From Octopus vulgaris (Eukaryota), in assembly GCA_951406725.2 (NCBI GenBank), contig OX597834.1, positions 27,280,001 through 27,344,000 on the forward strand: a stretch of 64,000 bases of DNA, read 5' to 3'. Of the stretch, positions 25,908 through 39,813 are shown piece after piece; within the stretch, counting starts at the first letter, position 1; every line of letters begins with the position of its first letter. The translations under genes and the position numbers were made by a program. The notes beneath the pieces were generated by a model. It worked only from the letters and a program-made list of their open reading frames with translations, had not been told where the DNA came from and ran no database searches.

Positions 25908-25962
<55 letters not shown>

Positions 25963-26376
25963 CATATATGTATATGTTCACACTTATACGCTTGTAGGCA
26001 ATGATATGTATCTAATCATTACATCCAATGACAAAGAGTTTCACTGGTTCCTGCACCAACCTGGCTCTACTTCTCACCTTTCTAATTTGCATGAGATTGA
26101 AAGAGAGAGACAGAGACAGAGACAGAGGGACAGAGAAACAGAGAGACAGAGACACATAGTGGTAAAAGATGTAGGGGGAAGATCTAAGAGCTGTCTCTTT
26201 GTCAACATAACACACACATATCGACCCAAACAGATCTTTGGTGCAACATAGGAAGCGCAGATTGAAGGATTGGTGGTTAACCTCTAACCTGGAGTTGATA
26301 TTAGATAGGACTCACTTCAACAACACGTCACCAGATGGTGTCTGTTGGTAATTATGTACATACATGCATATATATG

Positions 26377-26515
<139 letters not shown>

Positions 26516-26689
26516 AATTGCAGCGTGGAAGGTGTTTATAAGCCAGTCAAGAAACACACAAAAACCGTTAGATTCACTTCAACATTTAAATTTAATTTGT
26601 CAAAATATTTTCGTCGCTTTGAGACTGCGACGTGTTCACTGATAAAACTTCGTGCAGCACGAAACCAGCTGGATACTTAAGTGTGCTCA

Positions 26690-27034
26690 TGACTTAGTGT
26701 TTGCTTCTTCCATGGATATAAGTAAATATTTCATTTATTTCTTACCGTATTTATCGCTGACGAAGAGAAAATTCTTATGAATTAACTCTGAAATTGGGAC
26801 CGATACGATAATAACTGAATTTTTTAGAAATTTCTCTCGGCTTACTTCGAGACGCGTGCTTATAGTGATAAATTATATGGTTATTGACGATTTGTCTATT
26901 TTCGGCATATTTGGCATTAGAATTTTCGTCTTTTGCCCTTGTTTATAAGTTGTTTATAAATTTAACCTTTAAAGGTATTTTTTAATATGCTGGCCATTGA
27001 TAGAATTTTTTCGAAAAATTTTATCCTATATTAG
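26690..27034 (+). mobile_element. Family F non-coding repeat with HHR-like motif at 26752-26805
   Basis: Homologous to both arms of 6053-6514. TATCG-CTGACGA-AGAG...CTCT-GAAATTGGGAC-CGATA. Confidence 0.72.
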
Positions 27035-27045
27035 ATATATATATG

Positions 27046-27277
27046 TGTTTCTTTACTGCCCACAAGGGGCTAAACACAGAGGGGACAAACAAGGACAGAC
27101 AAACGGATTAAGTCGATTACACTCGACCCCAGTGCGTAACTGGTACTTAATTTATCGACCCCGATAGGATGAAAGGCAAAGTCGACCTCGGCGGAATTTG
27201 AACTCAGAACGCAACGACAGACGCAATACCGCTAAGCATTTCGCCCGGTGTGCTAACGTTTCTGCCAGCTCGCCGCC
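27046..27277 (-). mobile_element. SINE family B monomer
   Basis: Collinear with 22075-22306. Confidence 0.93.
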
Positions 27278-27292
27278 ATGTATATATATATG

Positions 27293-27915
27293 TTCTTGGC
27301 TTCGCTTTGCTGATGATGATTAGGATGGCTGTTGTCCACGTGGTCTTTACGCTCATCCGTGGCTGACAAGGCCGATGTAGGATCGACATATTCGATTGCA
27401 GTGATGACAGGGGTATGGTTGTTCAGAGTCTGATGAAGCAGCTGTATTTCTTTTACATCTCTGATGTTTGTCTTGGAGAGAAGAAATGTGAGAGATCTTA
27501 AGGGAGGAAACACCATCGCTGACGGTATGGCGCCAAGCGACTTGGTTAGCTGCTAGTGTGGACCACTCCCGATAATCAATGTCACAAATGCTAAGGAACT
27601 GCCTCAGATAGTCCTTGTAATGCAACCTTGGTGCCCCTCTAATGCGGTGGCCGATGGTGAGCTCACCTTACATGAACTTGGGCAGGCGGTTGTCTTTCAT
27701 TCTGTTAACGTGCCCTGCCTAACGCAGTCGTGTCTTAAGTAAAATGGCTCCCAGGCTGGTGACCTTTGCTCGCTCAAGGACATCAGTGTTGGTGGTGTAG
27801 TCGCTCCAGTAAATGTTGTGGATGGTACGGAGGCACCGTTGGTGAAAACGTTCGAGAAGTCTGAGATGATAGAAGTAGGGGACACAGAACTCAGAGCTAT
27901 ATAAAAGCGACATGA
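27293..27915 (-). mobile_element. RTE-clade LINE 3' fragment (frameshifted)
   Basis: LLYSSE...LERFHQRCLRTI..IYWSD.TTNTDVLERA...TRLR*AGHVNRM.D.RLPK...GEL..G.R.RGAPR.HYKD; C-terminal YPCHHCNRICRSYIGLVSH zinc finger. Confidence 0.9.
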
Positions 27916-27975
27916 GAACGATGCCTCTGTAGACGTTGACTTATGTGCTGTTCTTATAATTGTAATTGGCACAAA

Positions 27976-28348
27976 GTGGAGGCGCAATGGCCCAGTGGTT
28001 AGGGCAGCGGACTCGCGGCCATAGGATCGCGGTTTCGATTCCCAGACCGGGCGTTGTGAGTGTTTATTGAGCGAAAACACCTAAAAGCTCCACGAGGCTC
28101 CGGCAGGGGATGGTGCTGATCCCTGCTGTACTCTTTCACCACAACTTTCTCTCACTCTTACTTCCTGTTTCTGTTGTACCTGTATTTCAAGGGGCCAGCC
28201 TTGTCACTCTCTGTGTCACGCTGAATATCCCCGAGAACTACGTTAAGGGTACACGTGTCTGTGGAGTGCTCAGCCACTTACACGTTAATTTCACGAGCAG
28301 GCTGTTCCGTTGATTCGGATCATCGTCGTAACCGATGGAGTGCTTCCA
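27976..28348 (+). mobile_element. SINE family A
   Basis: Full head; small deletion near the 3' end; imperfect TSD AATTGGCA(C/G)AA. Confidence 0.93.
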
Positions 28349-29329
28349 ATTGGCAGAAGCTACAAAAGTGAATAAAGGCCGAGAGCCTTGTACATGGCAT
28401 TTTTCAGGCGGTATATGAAATGTAACTGGCGCAGCTAGATGAATTGAGCCAAGGAATTTCAATTCCTTGGAATTTAAACATACCGAAACTATGCTGATTG
28501 TGATCCCTTTGGCTGATGAGAGGATTTCCACGTTTATTTGCCCTTTTCCGTTCATCGTTTCCATGTTCCACTTCGATTTTCACGTTGTACATACATGCAT
28601 ACACAGCATGCACACACACACACACACACATTCATACATTCATACATAATACATACACACATACCTACATACATGCATACATAAAGGGAAGAGAGGGGGA
28701 GCGAGAGGAACAGAGAGAGAGGGAGGGATAAAGTTTTGGGAAAACTAAGCAGAAAACACTGGAATAATTGTGGCACAAAAGAGATAGAGAGAGATAACGG
28801 GAGAAATATTTGAGAGCAAGAGAGAGGAGAGAGGAGAGAGGAGAGAGAGACAGAGAGATTAGGAGATATGATGAAAGGGAAGAGAAGGTGACAAAGAAGA
28901 AAAGAGAGTGATGCAGATATATAGAGGAGACACGATGAAGACGGGGAAGAGACTGGAGAAGACAATAACACGCCATTGTGTGTGTTTGTGTATGCGTGTG
29001 TGTTTGTACATGTGTGTGTTTGTGTATGTGCATATGTGTGTATGCAAGTTAGTGTAGAAGTGTATATATGTGTATGTGTTCAGTGTACGTATATGTATGT
29101 TAATTTATGCGTGGTGTATGTCTGTGTGTGTATGTGTGTAATAATAGGTTTGATGCGTGTGAAAGTATGTTAGTGCATATACACTCATGCACGCACGCAC
29201 ACACGCACACACATACATACACATACACACACACGCACGGACTCACACACATATGCTTGCTGACTGTATGCGTATGTGCATATGTATGTGTGCGTATGTA
29301 CGCAAATGTTTCTGTTATATGTTTCTCTC

Positions 29330-29360
<31 letters not shown>

Positions 29361-29909
29361 ATGGAATTGTTTCTGTGGTGTGTATATATGCGTGTGTGCA
29401 TGAGTACGTACAAATATGTGTATGTGCATGTGTGCGTAGAAATACACACACACACACACACGCACACATATTCCTATATATGTATTCACACATGCGTATG
29501 CACACCAGAGAAGCAAATTCACACATACAACGCATATATATATATATGGATGTCCATATACACCCACAATCATATATACACACATGCTAATGCACATATA
29601 CACATATATACGCATGTGTGTGAGTTTATGTAATGCGTACGGTCACCGTGTATATGTGTGCATGTACAAATATACATGTATGTATATGTATATAAATACA
29701 CGTGCATCAATCCGTATGTATAGATGTGTATGTATGTATATGGGTATATATGTTTTCCATGTTTGTATGTAATATATCTGTGTGTGTGTGTGTGTGTGTG
29801 TGTGTGGTATATGCTGACCAATCAGTCACTCTATATCACCGGTGACATTTAACTTATGGCGCATCGGCCCGAGAGGAAATCGAGCCTAAATGCAGTAATA
29901 ACTATAGAG

Positions 29910-30001
<92 letters not shown>

Positions 30002-30119
30002 ACACATTCACGCATGCACACCCGCAAGCACACACACGCACGCAGTCACACACATAGCTAGATGCCCCTATGTATTCATGCAAACCTCTATACATATATA
30101 CATATATACATATACGCAT

Positions 30120-30153
<34 letters not shown>

Positions 30154-30558
30154 GCTTTTATAAATATATATATATATATGCTTTAATCTATATGTGTGTG
30201 TGTGTGTGTGTGTGTGTATGAATACACATGCACTTACACACAAACACGCATGCTCTTACAAACGTATACACCATACATACTCACTTGCAAACGCGCCCAC
30301 ACCCGTATACATGACGGACATACATGAACATACATAAAAATACACATAGACCCACACATACACATACATACATACATACATACATACATACATACATACA
30401 TACATACACTGACACATGGATGCGCCTATACGCATCCAGTGACTGTCATACAAAGGAAGAGCCACGTATTTACACTCAGCCATACACAAAACCATACGTA
30501 CATGCACACATGTACATCTGTATACATCTGTACACACGCGTACACACATACACACATA

Positions 30559-30599
<41 letters not shown>

Positions 30600-30819
30600 G
30601 CAAATATATGGTGTCTCCGCGCACCCACAACACAGGCTGAAACACATGTATGCGTACACATACATATACACACGCATATAAACGCACAAACACTTGTGTT
30701 GTCGCATATATATATATATACACACCCGTCGCCACTCACCTACACAACCGTTGTGAAAATGTCAGGGTTGAAAGGTTCGGGCAAGTAGCTTCAGTGATGG
30801 AATGGTCTCGGTTGTAGTC

Positions 30820-31680
30820 GTAGAGTTGGTGGTGGTGGTGGTGGTGGTAGTAGTGATGGTGGTAGTGGTGGTGGTAGAGATTATGGTGGTGGTTGATGAT
30901 GATGTTGCTGTTTGTGCTGGTGGTGGTTGTGGTAGTTGTCGTAGAGGTGGTGGTGGTGGTTGTGGTAGTTGTCATAGAGGTGGTGGTGGAGGTGGTGATA
31001 GTGATGATGGTCTTGTTATAGTGGTAGTGCTGCTGGTGATGGTGGTGGTGCTGGTGGTGGTGGTAATGATGGCAGTGGTGGTAGTGGTGGTGATGGTGCT
31101 GGTTGTAGTAGTGGTGGTGGTTGTGGTGATAGTGATGATGGTCTTGTTATAGTGGTAGTGCTGCTGGTGATGGTGGTGGTGGTGGTGGTGGTGGTGGTAA
31201 TGATGGCAGTGGTGGTAGTGGTGGTGATGGTGCTGGTTGTAGTAGTGGTGGTGGTTGTGGTGATAATGATAGTGGTGGTAGTGATTGTGGTGTTGCTGGT
31301 AGAGGTGGTGGCAACGGCTGTGTTGATGGGGCTAGCCCTAGTGGCGGCGGTAGTGGTGGTGGTCATGATGGGAATGGTGATGGTGCTGGTGCTGATGATA
31401 GGCTTGAATATATAGCGAGAAGACAAATGAAATATTAATGCGACATCATTCTCCCTCAACACCCGCACACCTATTCCCCCATCATTATCATCATCATCAT
31501 TATCATCACCACAGCTAACCCCACCACTGGTCCCACCACCCCTACCACTACCACTGTCTTTGCCACAGCCGCCACCTTTGCTAAATCTGCTGCCACCACC
31601 ACGCCAATCGCCGCCGCCGCCGCCGCCGCTGACACCACCAGTGCCGCCACCATGGCCACCATCACCACCATCACCACTTT
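30820..31680. repeat. Degenerate (GGT)n tract with ~130-bp internal duplication, followed by an (ACC/GCC)n tract
   Basis: GTGATAGTGATGATGGTCTTGTTATAGTGGTAGTGCTGCTGG occurs at ~30994 and ~31126. Confidence 0.85.
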
Positions 31681-31777
31681 TCCATCCTCATAATCATTCA
31701 TTAATGGCCACAGCTTTCCTCTCTGCAGAAACTTGGAAAACATTGGTTCTCCTCACCCAACCCACCCCGTCTTTTAT

Positions 31778-31813
<36 letters not shown>

Positions 31814-31820
31814 CACGCAT

Positions 31821-31863
<43 letters not shown>

Positions 31864-32581
31864 TGCATCCACATACAAACGCATCGTCACACACACACAT
31901 ATACTATACCCATACACATGTATTTGTGTGTGTGTTTATATATATATATAGATATATATATGTTCACATACATATACATACATACGTGTTTTCTCGTTCA
32001 TCTCCGCGTCTATGCTACATACTCTTGCGCATGTGCGCATATTCACACACGCATACACACACATGCACATATATAGACGCACATATTCTTGAACACACAA
32101 ATCACACACAAAACACACACACACACACACACACATATATGTATATATAATCACACACATATACCCTCATACACAAAAAGTATTTTCTAGTTCATCTTTA
32201 CGTTCATCTATCATAGAAACACACACACACACACACACATACACATACACACATACACATACACATACTCACACAGTCGGATTCTCACCCACCCACAACC
32301 TCATCACCGGAACACGCATCACCATCAACACATATGTACTAGAACCTCAATAAAGTCGCACCACATGCTAGTAGTAGCAGCTGAACCTCCTATGTATCAA
32401 ATCCTACCGTTTTAAAGTACTAACGTTTTCGATTAAATGAGTCTAAATAACTCATGTTTGAAAAACCGAAATTTTTGCTGATGTCGCAGTTGCACCTCAA
32501 ATCGTAAATCTGCTCGAACGGAGTCGTCCTGGAGCTGAATAACAACAACTATAACAACACTAATCCAATTCAACATGTGTT

Positions 32582-32611
<30 letters not shown>

Positions 32612-32615
<4 letters not shown>

Positions 32616-32795
32616 GCTAGCCACTACACATTCTTTATTTTCTCTGCTTGCTTTTTTGTATGTTCCTTTCTGTGGAAGAGCATAGGCTCGAAACATTAAA
32701 GACATTTTCCCTTTCCGAGCGTTAAACTAATACATATGTTTGTTGTCTACACCACCTGTTTTTGTCTTTTGCTTTCTTTTTGTGAATTCTCCCCC
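32612..32795 (+). mobile_element. Short pLTR-like element with degenerate minimal HHR (32666-32701)
   Basis: CTTT-CTGTGGA-A-GAGC-ATAG-GCTC-GAAACATT-AAAG; embedded in (TA)n; architecture parallels 35727-35860. Confidence 0.5.
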
Positions 32796-32799
32796 TATA

Positions 32800-32854
<55 letters not shown>

Positions 32855-33154
32855 CAGTAAAGGTACAGGTATCTCTACTGCTATTCATTTATATTTTATT
32901 CACTTGCCTGGAATCTGCCCTTCGTAAATATTAGGGACCGTATATTCAATATATTATACATGTCTGAATAGCTCAAGAGCGGATTTCTTCACTCAGCTGT
33001 GTCTAAATGTCGACATACACTGTAAGAATATCATTCGGTCGGTACTTTTGTACCAAGTTTGATATTTACATAATATTGTTGTGTGTGTGTATATTATTTC
33101 GACCTAGCGAGCTGCCTCAATTTAAGTACCTAATTCAACTGAATCTTACTGATG

Positions 33155-33259
<105 letters not shown>

Positions 33260-33339
33260 CATACATATAGAGAGAGAAATACATATATATATATATGCGT
33301 GCATGTGTATGTGTGTGTGTACTTATACAACCTACATAC

Positions 33340-34810
33340 ATAGCTTTATATAATCGGTCAAACAAAAAAAAACATGACATTTCTTTCGTAGAGAGGAAAG
33401 CAAAGTGAAAATATGACACTAGACTATCCAACTTTATTTGGAAATTGAAAGACGGTGGAATTTCTACATCCGATGGAAAAACTTTATGAACAATGGAAAT
33501 TTTACACCACTGGAATAAGAATTTGCAGCTTGTGTAATTCGGAAAAATCTTTGATCCTAAGAACTTTAAACAAAATACTGTATAAACATCACATATGAGG
33601 GTTTCAATAGAACCGTTTCAAATGTTGCTATGTTGTACATTGGACTCATAATTCTATATTAAACATCTACGGTGTAGAAATCGTAAGATTTTCATTTACT
33701 TTGTACATATTACTGTCTGTGCAGTTATTCCTAGATGTTTGCATTTATTGACAATTTAGGATCTGACTTTTTGTTGTGTGAGATTTCTTAAAAATTGAAG
33801 CTATTTCCGAATTCCATAATCATCAAATTCTTAATCATTTGAAATAAAAATTTGCATGGTTCCAAAACGTTGAGTGGAGGCAGAATTTGTTCGCATCTAT
33901 CATTTAAATTCCAAAAGAAGTTGAAAACTTTGACGACATTTATGTTATATATAATTCCATGGTAAAAAAAATGTCAATGAAATAGTAATATTTGAATTTG
34001 AATCTTCCATTCTGTCATAAAGAGTATTTGGGTTTTGCTTTATGAAAATCACCGAGGTTCAGTGAATAATTACCCCAGCGTTGCAGGAGATATTTATTCC
34101 TGTTGGTCTGGCTGGGTTTTCTTCTGAATGTACTTTTCTTGTTTAATATACAACTTTATTTCCATTTGCTTTTAGAACATAATTTTCCATAACAATGGCT
34201 AACTGGAAAATGTTTACTGATTAAGCATGTGCATTTTTTTAAATATTAGATTTGACATTTATTACGGTGGGATCTTTGAAACAATTGACTTCCTGTTAGT
34301 GGGTGGCAGGAAATAAGGGGTGATATATATCTCACCTTTCTCTGCTGCTAGTTTTGGAAAACTAAATTTATGACTAGAACTTTTGGTTGCCTATATTACT
34401 TGTGCTTTTCCCGGTGTTAGTAAAACCTCAAAGAATTCTACTGCATTTATGCTTTTACATTTTGTTATTTTAAGGCCTGTAATTGGGAAGGTATTGGTTA
34501 AATCTTTCGAACTGTCTAGTGTCTCATCATTGACAAACTGTGAAAATGATAAGTTGTTATATATCTATATGAATAACTGCAAGTGTCTCTAGGACATAAC
34601 GGTCGATAAAGGCCCATTTTTTCATTGTCGAAGGGTCCCATGCTGACATCGAACAAAAAGCCTATCTTTTTGACGTAGTCGATTATTTTGTCGAAAAATA
34701 GCATGTATTATGTTGTACATAACGATTTCTAACTTTACCGGTTTATTCGATATTAGTACGAGGTCTTCTGACGTCGCTGAGATATGTGAACTTGTCAACG
34801 TTTATACTTT
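33340..34810. mobile_element. Highly decayed Penelope-like fragments in mixed orientation
   Basis: + strand 33340-33570: [11 protein letters not shown]...[13 protein letters not shown] (EN C-terminal-like). - strand ~34520-34700: LFDVSMGPFD...GLYR. + strand 34743-34811: LFDISTRSSDVAEICELVNVY (FDVxMGSxDGAExCELV-like). Confidence 0.65.
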
Positions 34811-35103
34811 AGACCAGCATCGGACTAACGTACATAACGAACGCGTGAACACACCCATATACAAAATGTGAGGTCATCGTCGTTGTGGTGGTGATATAAA
34901 ATGTCCTTTACGATAGGTGACTAAAAGAAAAATTATAATGTAAAAAGGTGACTAAAAGAAAAATTATAATGTTAAATTTTTGTGATGCAAATATGTGAAT
35001 GAAAATATAGACTAGTTGGTAGCCGAAAGCTCACTGAATCTTTTGATACCCCATACGTCAAAATCGGCAACTCGGTTTTGGAATGCGTAAGGAATATACG
35101 CGC

Positions 35104-35148
<45 letters not shown>

Positions 35149-35726
35149 CATACAAACACTCTTTTATAGATATAGATAATTTTAACAAAACAAGCTCGAT
35201 GATACCACTTTACTTGCCAGAAACCTAAATAAATTAATATTGGTTCATCAGCCAATGAACACCTCACTTTACTGCAAGTGTAATTCCAACATTAACAAAA
35301 ATAAATTTTCGTAGCTGCCACAGATTTTGCTTCCAACAAATCCAATTAACGCTAATCGCTGAGCTCGTGTTTTTCTCTCCTTATTGCAACGATAATTTTA
35401 ATTAACAGAAATTAGTTTCTTCTCTACATTAAGCAATTTACTACTCGCTCAAGTATAGTGTTTCACACGGATGACATCAGGTAATTTCCGTCACTCACTC
35501 ACTCAATAATCATAAACCCACATGTTGCTTATCTCACTCTTCAGCGGATTTCTCCCTCTCTAATTATCGATAAATCAGAAAATCAATAAGACAATTGTGC
35601 TATCTTTCTGTTTTGAAGGAATTCTTCTTGTCCTCTCTCTCTCTCTCTCGCTCTCTCGCGCTCTCTCTCTCTCGCTCTCTCTCCCTCTTTTTCTCTCTCT
35701 CACACACACTCTCCCTCTATGTATAT

Positions 35727-35860
35727 ATATGTTTCCGACGAAGAGCTCCGCTCGAAACGTCATACCCTCCTTCTTCCCGTTTTCCTGAGCGCCCAATAAT
35801 ACTTTATTTGTTCCACATCCTCGCGTTGTTGTCTTTTTGTTTTCTTGTTTGGATTAACTT
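35727..35860 (+). mobile_element. Short repeat family G with minimal HHR-like motif (35731-35765)
   Basis: Homologous to 45146-45350 (-). GTTT-CCGACGA-A-GAGC-TCC-GCTC-GAAACGTC. Confidence 0.65.
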
Positions 35861-35924
35861 TATATATGTATATATATATGTATATATATATATATATATA
35901 CATATATATGTGTGTGTGTGCATG

Positions 35925-35960
<36 letters not shown>

Positions 35961-36099
35961 TACCTTTGTGGTGTGCAAGTGTGTATGAATGTGTGTGTGT
36001 ATGCACATACTTATGAGCATACACAAATATATATATGAAAGGATACGTATAACCACGATGATAAACAAATGCACAAATATAGACACACATGAATAAGTA

Positions 36100-36135
<36 letters not shown>

Positions 36136-36437
36136 GATAGATAGTTAGATATATAGATATACATGCACACATAAGTATATAAATACATATATTCATAAGC
36201 ATACACACTCGTATGCTTATTAGTATGTATCTGTGTATACAAACACGCTACAGGGTCATTGTCCTGTAGTTCCACATGTTGTCTGCGGTGTCCACGTTCC
36301 TCGTGTTCGTCGGCTTCATCTACAGGAATGTAATAGTTTTGTCTCTATACACCACAGTAACCTGAGTAAACATACCGTATACGAAATACAAATGCACTTA
36401 TTATTTAGCATGTGCACACATACGCACACTAATTCCC

Positions 36438-36468
<31 letters not shown>

Positions 36469-36678
36469 CCCTCATACACATATATACATACCGTATGCAG
36501 AGACGCTTCCATACTCAACAGCATAGGTACATATGATGCATTACTACGCGTTTTCCCTTATATGCGTTTACGTACGCAGATAGTTATATGCTTACATGCA
36601 TACATGCATACATATACATAAATACATCCATATATATGTACATATGCATGCACACATACACACAGAGACGCTTGTGTA

Positions 36679-36843
<165 letters not shown>

Positions 36844-37539
36844 CATGGAACAAAAACGCAATAGAGAGCATTAAAATGTTCCGACAGATGGACGATACAA
36901 GGTGGACAAGGGAAAGAGCAATTAGAAGGACAGGTAAAAAAAAGACGAGTCATTCTTGGCTTCCTTTCATCAGTGAAGTCCCAGGAGTCACGACCATTTT
37001 AGGCAGTTACGCTTGTGATGGTTCGATCTGGTTGCCCCCAAAAATGTCTAAGCTAAGAACCTTAGACTCATTTGTAAGAAAGCTAGAGAATGTGTATGGC
37101 AACTAAGACAAAAAAAATAAATAAAAAGACGGAGAACATGGTACACAATTGCAAATACAAACAACAAGAAATAGCAACAGGCGTCTTTCGACTGAGAACG
37201 AATCAAATTGAGCTGGCGTGTATGAAGTGAAAGCCTGAAGGCAGGAACATGGGAGATGGACACAAGAGGTGTTGAGGGTCAGCAGTCAGGCGAAGAAAGA
37301 AAGATCATGGCTGGCCGGACTCCGGTCACGTGGAAGGAGGAGAGATGGGTAGGAGACAGCGGGATTGAAGGATTACAAAGAATCAGAGACAAAGAGAAAA
37401 GTACAGGGGAGATAAATGAGTGAGAAATAGTGGGAGTTACAGAAAGAGAGGGCCAAGAAATGTGAGAGAAGGGGAGCGAGAAAAGGAAGGAAAATTAGAG
37501 GGGGAATATATACACACACACATATATATATATATATAT

Positions 37540-37907
37540 GTGGAGGCGTAATGGCAGCGGACTCGCGATCGTGGGATCGCGATTTCGATTCCCAGACCGG
37601 GCGTTGTGAGTGTTTATTGAGCGAAAAACACCTAAAGCTCCACGAGGCTCCGGCAGGGGTTGGTGGTGATCCCTGTTGTACTCTTTCACCACAACTTTCT
37701 CTCACTCCTACTTCCTGTTTCTGTTGTACCTGTATTTCAAAAGGCCGGCCTTGTCACTCTCTGCGTCATGCTGAATATCCCCGAGAATTACGTTAAGGGT
37801 ACACGTGTCTGTGGAGTGCTCAGCCACTTACACGTTAATTTCACGAGCAGGCTGTTCCGTTGATTGGATCAACCGGAACCCTCGTCGTCGTGACCGACGG
37901 AGTGCTT

Positions 37908-37910
<3 letters not shown>
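37540..37910 (+). mobile_element. SINE family A with deletion in the A-box region
   Basis: GTGGAGGCGTAATGG joined directly to CAGCGGACTCG; the remainder is collinear with family A. Confidence 0.92.
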
Positions 37911-37976
<66 letters not shown>

Positions 37977-38555
37977 CACGTATAAACATATGTATACGTA
38001 TAAACATATGCATACGTATAAACACACTCATGCATAGACACAGTCACACTTCCATATGCCCTAACATACATACAAAACACAGAGGACACACACATACAGC
38101 CCGTACTTATGTAGAAAACATTGTAAATCAATACTCCCACTTTCACTATCTCTCCTCCTCAACTACCAACACTCCATGATCCAACATGGAACCTTTGATG
38201 AAACCACGCAACCTGTTGTAAATGATAGCCAGGACTCCTCTAAATCGTACATACCCTTGTTAAAAGCAGATCCAAGTGAAACACATTTGACATTTTAGCT
38301 GAGTACCATATTGAATGTGAAAGATAGAATAGGAATGATCCCTGTTGGAAGGCATTTGATTATCGATGTACTGGGTCAGAGTTGGCCTAAGGTTTCACAA
38401 AAAACTAAAATGGGAGCTTCTACGTAGCTACTATACTTAATAGAAAAAGTAACCGATTTTTCCTCACATAGCATTGTGTTATCTTAATAAAATCGAAGGG
38501 AAGAATACATTAGATATAGATATAGATAGAAAATGCAAAATATAAAAAATATATA

Positions 38556-38726
38556 CTGTAAATCCTCGAGTATAGCCCGCCCTTGAGTAGGGGATTTTTA
38601 GGGGGCTGTACTTCTGAAAAACCTAAACCTTGTGTATAATACTTGAATCAAGGAGGTCTATATAACGTCCTTGGTTTGTAAAACTGTATACGGTAACGTC
38701 TTTTATTATTATTATTATTATTATTA

Positions 38727-38818
<92 letters not shown>

Positions 38819-39155
38819 TAACATAATGCAAACGTGTTGATTTTTTGTGCATTTTGTTTGCAGAAAATAAAGAAATAACAGTAATAGCTGTAATAACGTT
38901 TAATAAATGTTGCTTACTGCAAGTTATGGATGATTCTTTTATGACTTCATTGCTTCCAGGCTTAGCTTAAAGTATTTTCGCGCCCGACATCACAAAATGC
39001 GTCTGAATAAACATTGCCGGACAGCAAATATAGACTCGGACATTGCTTAGAAAATAATTTTCATTTTTAACTTCGTATATATTACGCACTAGGGATTTTG
39101 ACCGTTAAATTTTTTTTTTGGGGGGGGGATGCGGATTATACTCGAGGATTTACGG
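38556..39155. mobile_element. MITE, Tc1/mariner superfamily (Tc2/pogo-like ends)
   Basis: 25-bp TIRs CTGTAAATCCTCGAGTATAGCCCGC / GCGGATTATACTCGAGGATTTACGG (3 mismatches), TA on both sides, internal (ATT)n. Confidence 0.88.
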
Positions 39156-39410
39156 TATTTGAAAGAATAGTCATGGCTAGATTGTCTTTCAGCGTATGTC
39201 TGCGTCATCAGAGACCATTGTATGATGATGAGCTTACTAATTCGTATCATTTACACCGTGCTGCTCCATATACAGCAAACTGTAGCAACCCGCCTTATGT
39301 ATATGAAGGGATAATGCACACTTTTGCTCCAATAGTGCACCATCCCAGAAAAAGGTGTAAAGAACCATCTACATTTGCCTGTCAATCACTTGCGAGAGCT
39401 TCATCAGTGA

Positions 39411-39813
39411 TACTCTCTTTTACTCTTTTACTTGCTTATGTCATTTGACTGCGGCCATGCTGGAGCAACGCCTTTAGTCGAGCAAATCTACCCCGGGACT
39501 TATTCCTTGTAAGCCCAGTACTTATTCTATCGGGCTCTTTTGCCGAACCGCTAAGTGACGAGGACGTAAACACACCGGCATCGGTTGTCAAGCAATGCTA
39601 GGGGGACAAACACAGACACACAAACACACATACATACATATATATACATATACATATATACGACAGGCTTCTTTCAGTTTCCGTCTACCAAATCCACTCA
39701 CAAGGCATTGGTCGGCCCGGGGCTATAGCAGAAGACAGTTGCCCAAGATGCCACGCAGTGGGACTGAACCCGGAACCATGTGGTTGGTTAGCAAGCTACT
39801 TACCACACAGCCA
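39411..39813 (-). mobile_element. SINE family C
   Basis: Collinear with 18144-18550. Confidence 0.93.

Noticed and set aside
31560-31700. Poly-Pro/poly-Ala exon-like stretch
   Set aside because: Part of the (ACC/GCC)n low-complexity tract, flanked by microsatellites and without a clear splice structure.
36940-36980. CTGATGAAAGG on the minus strand
   Set aside because: No proper GAAA or stem III; the surrounding region may be a repeat but has no second copy here.
39180-39216. CTGATGA...GAAA on the minus strand
   Set aside because: Stems I and II do not pair convincingly; likely chance.
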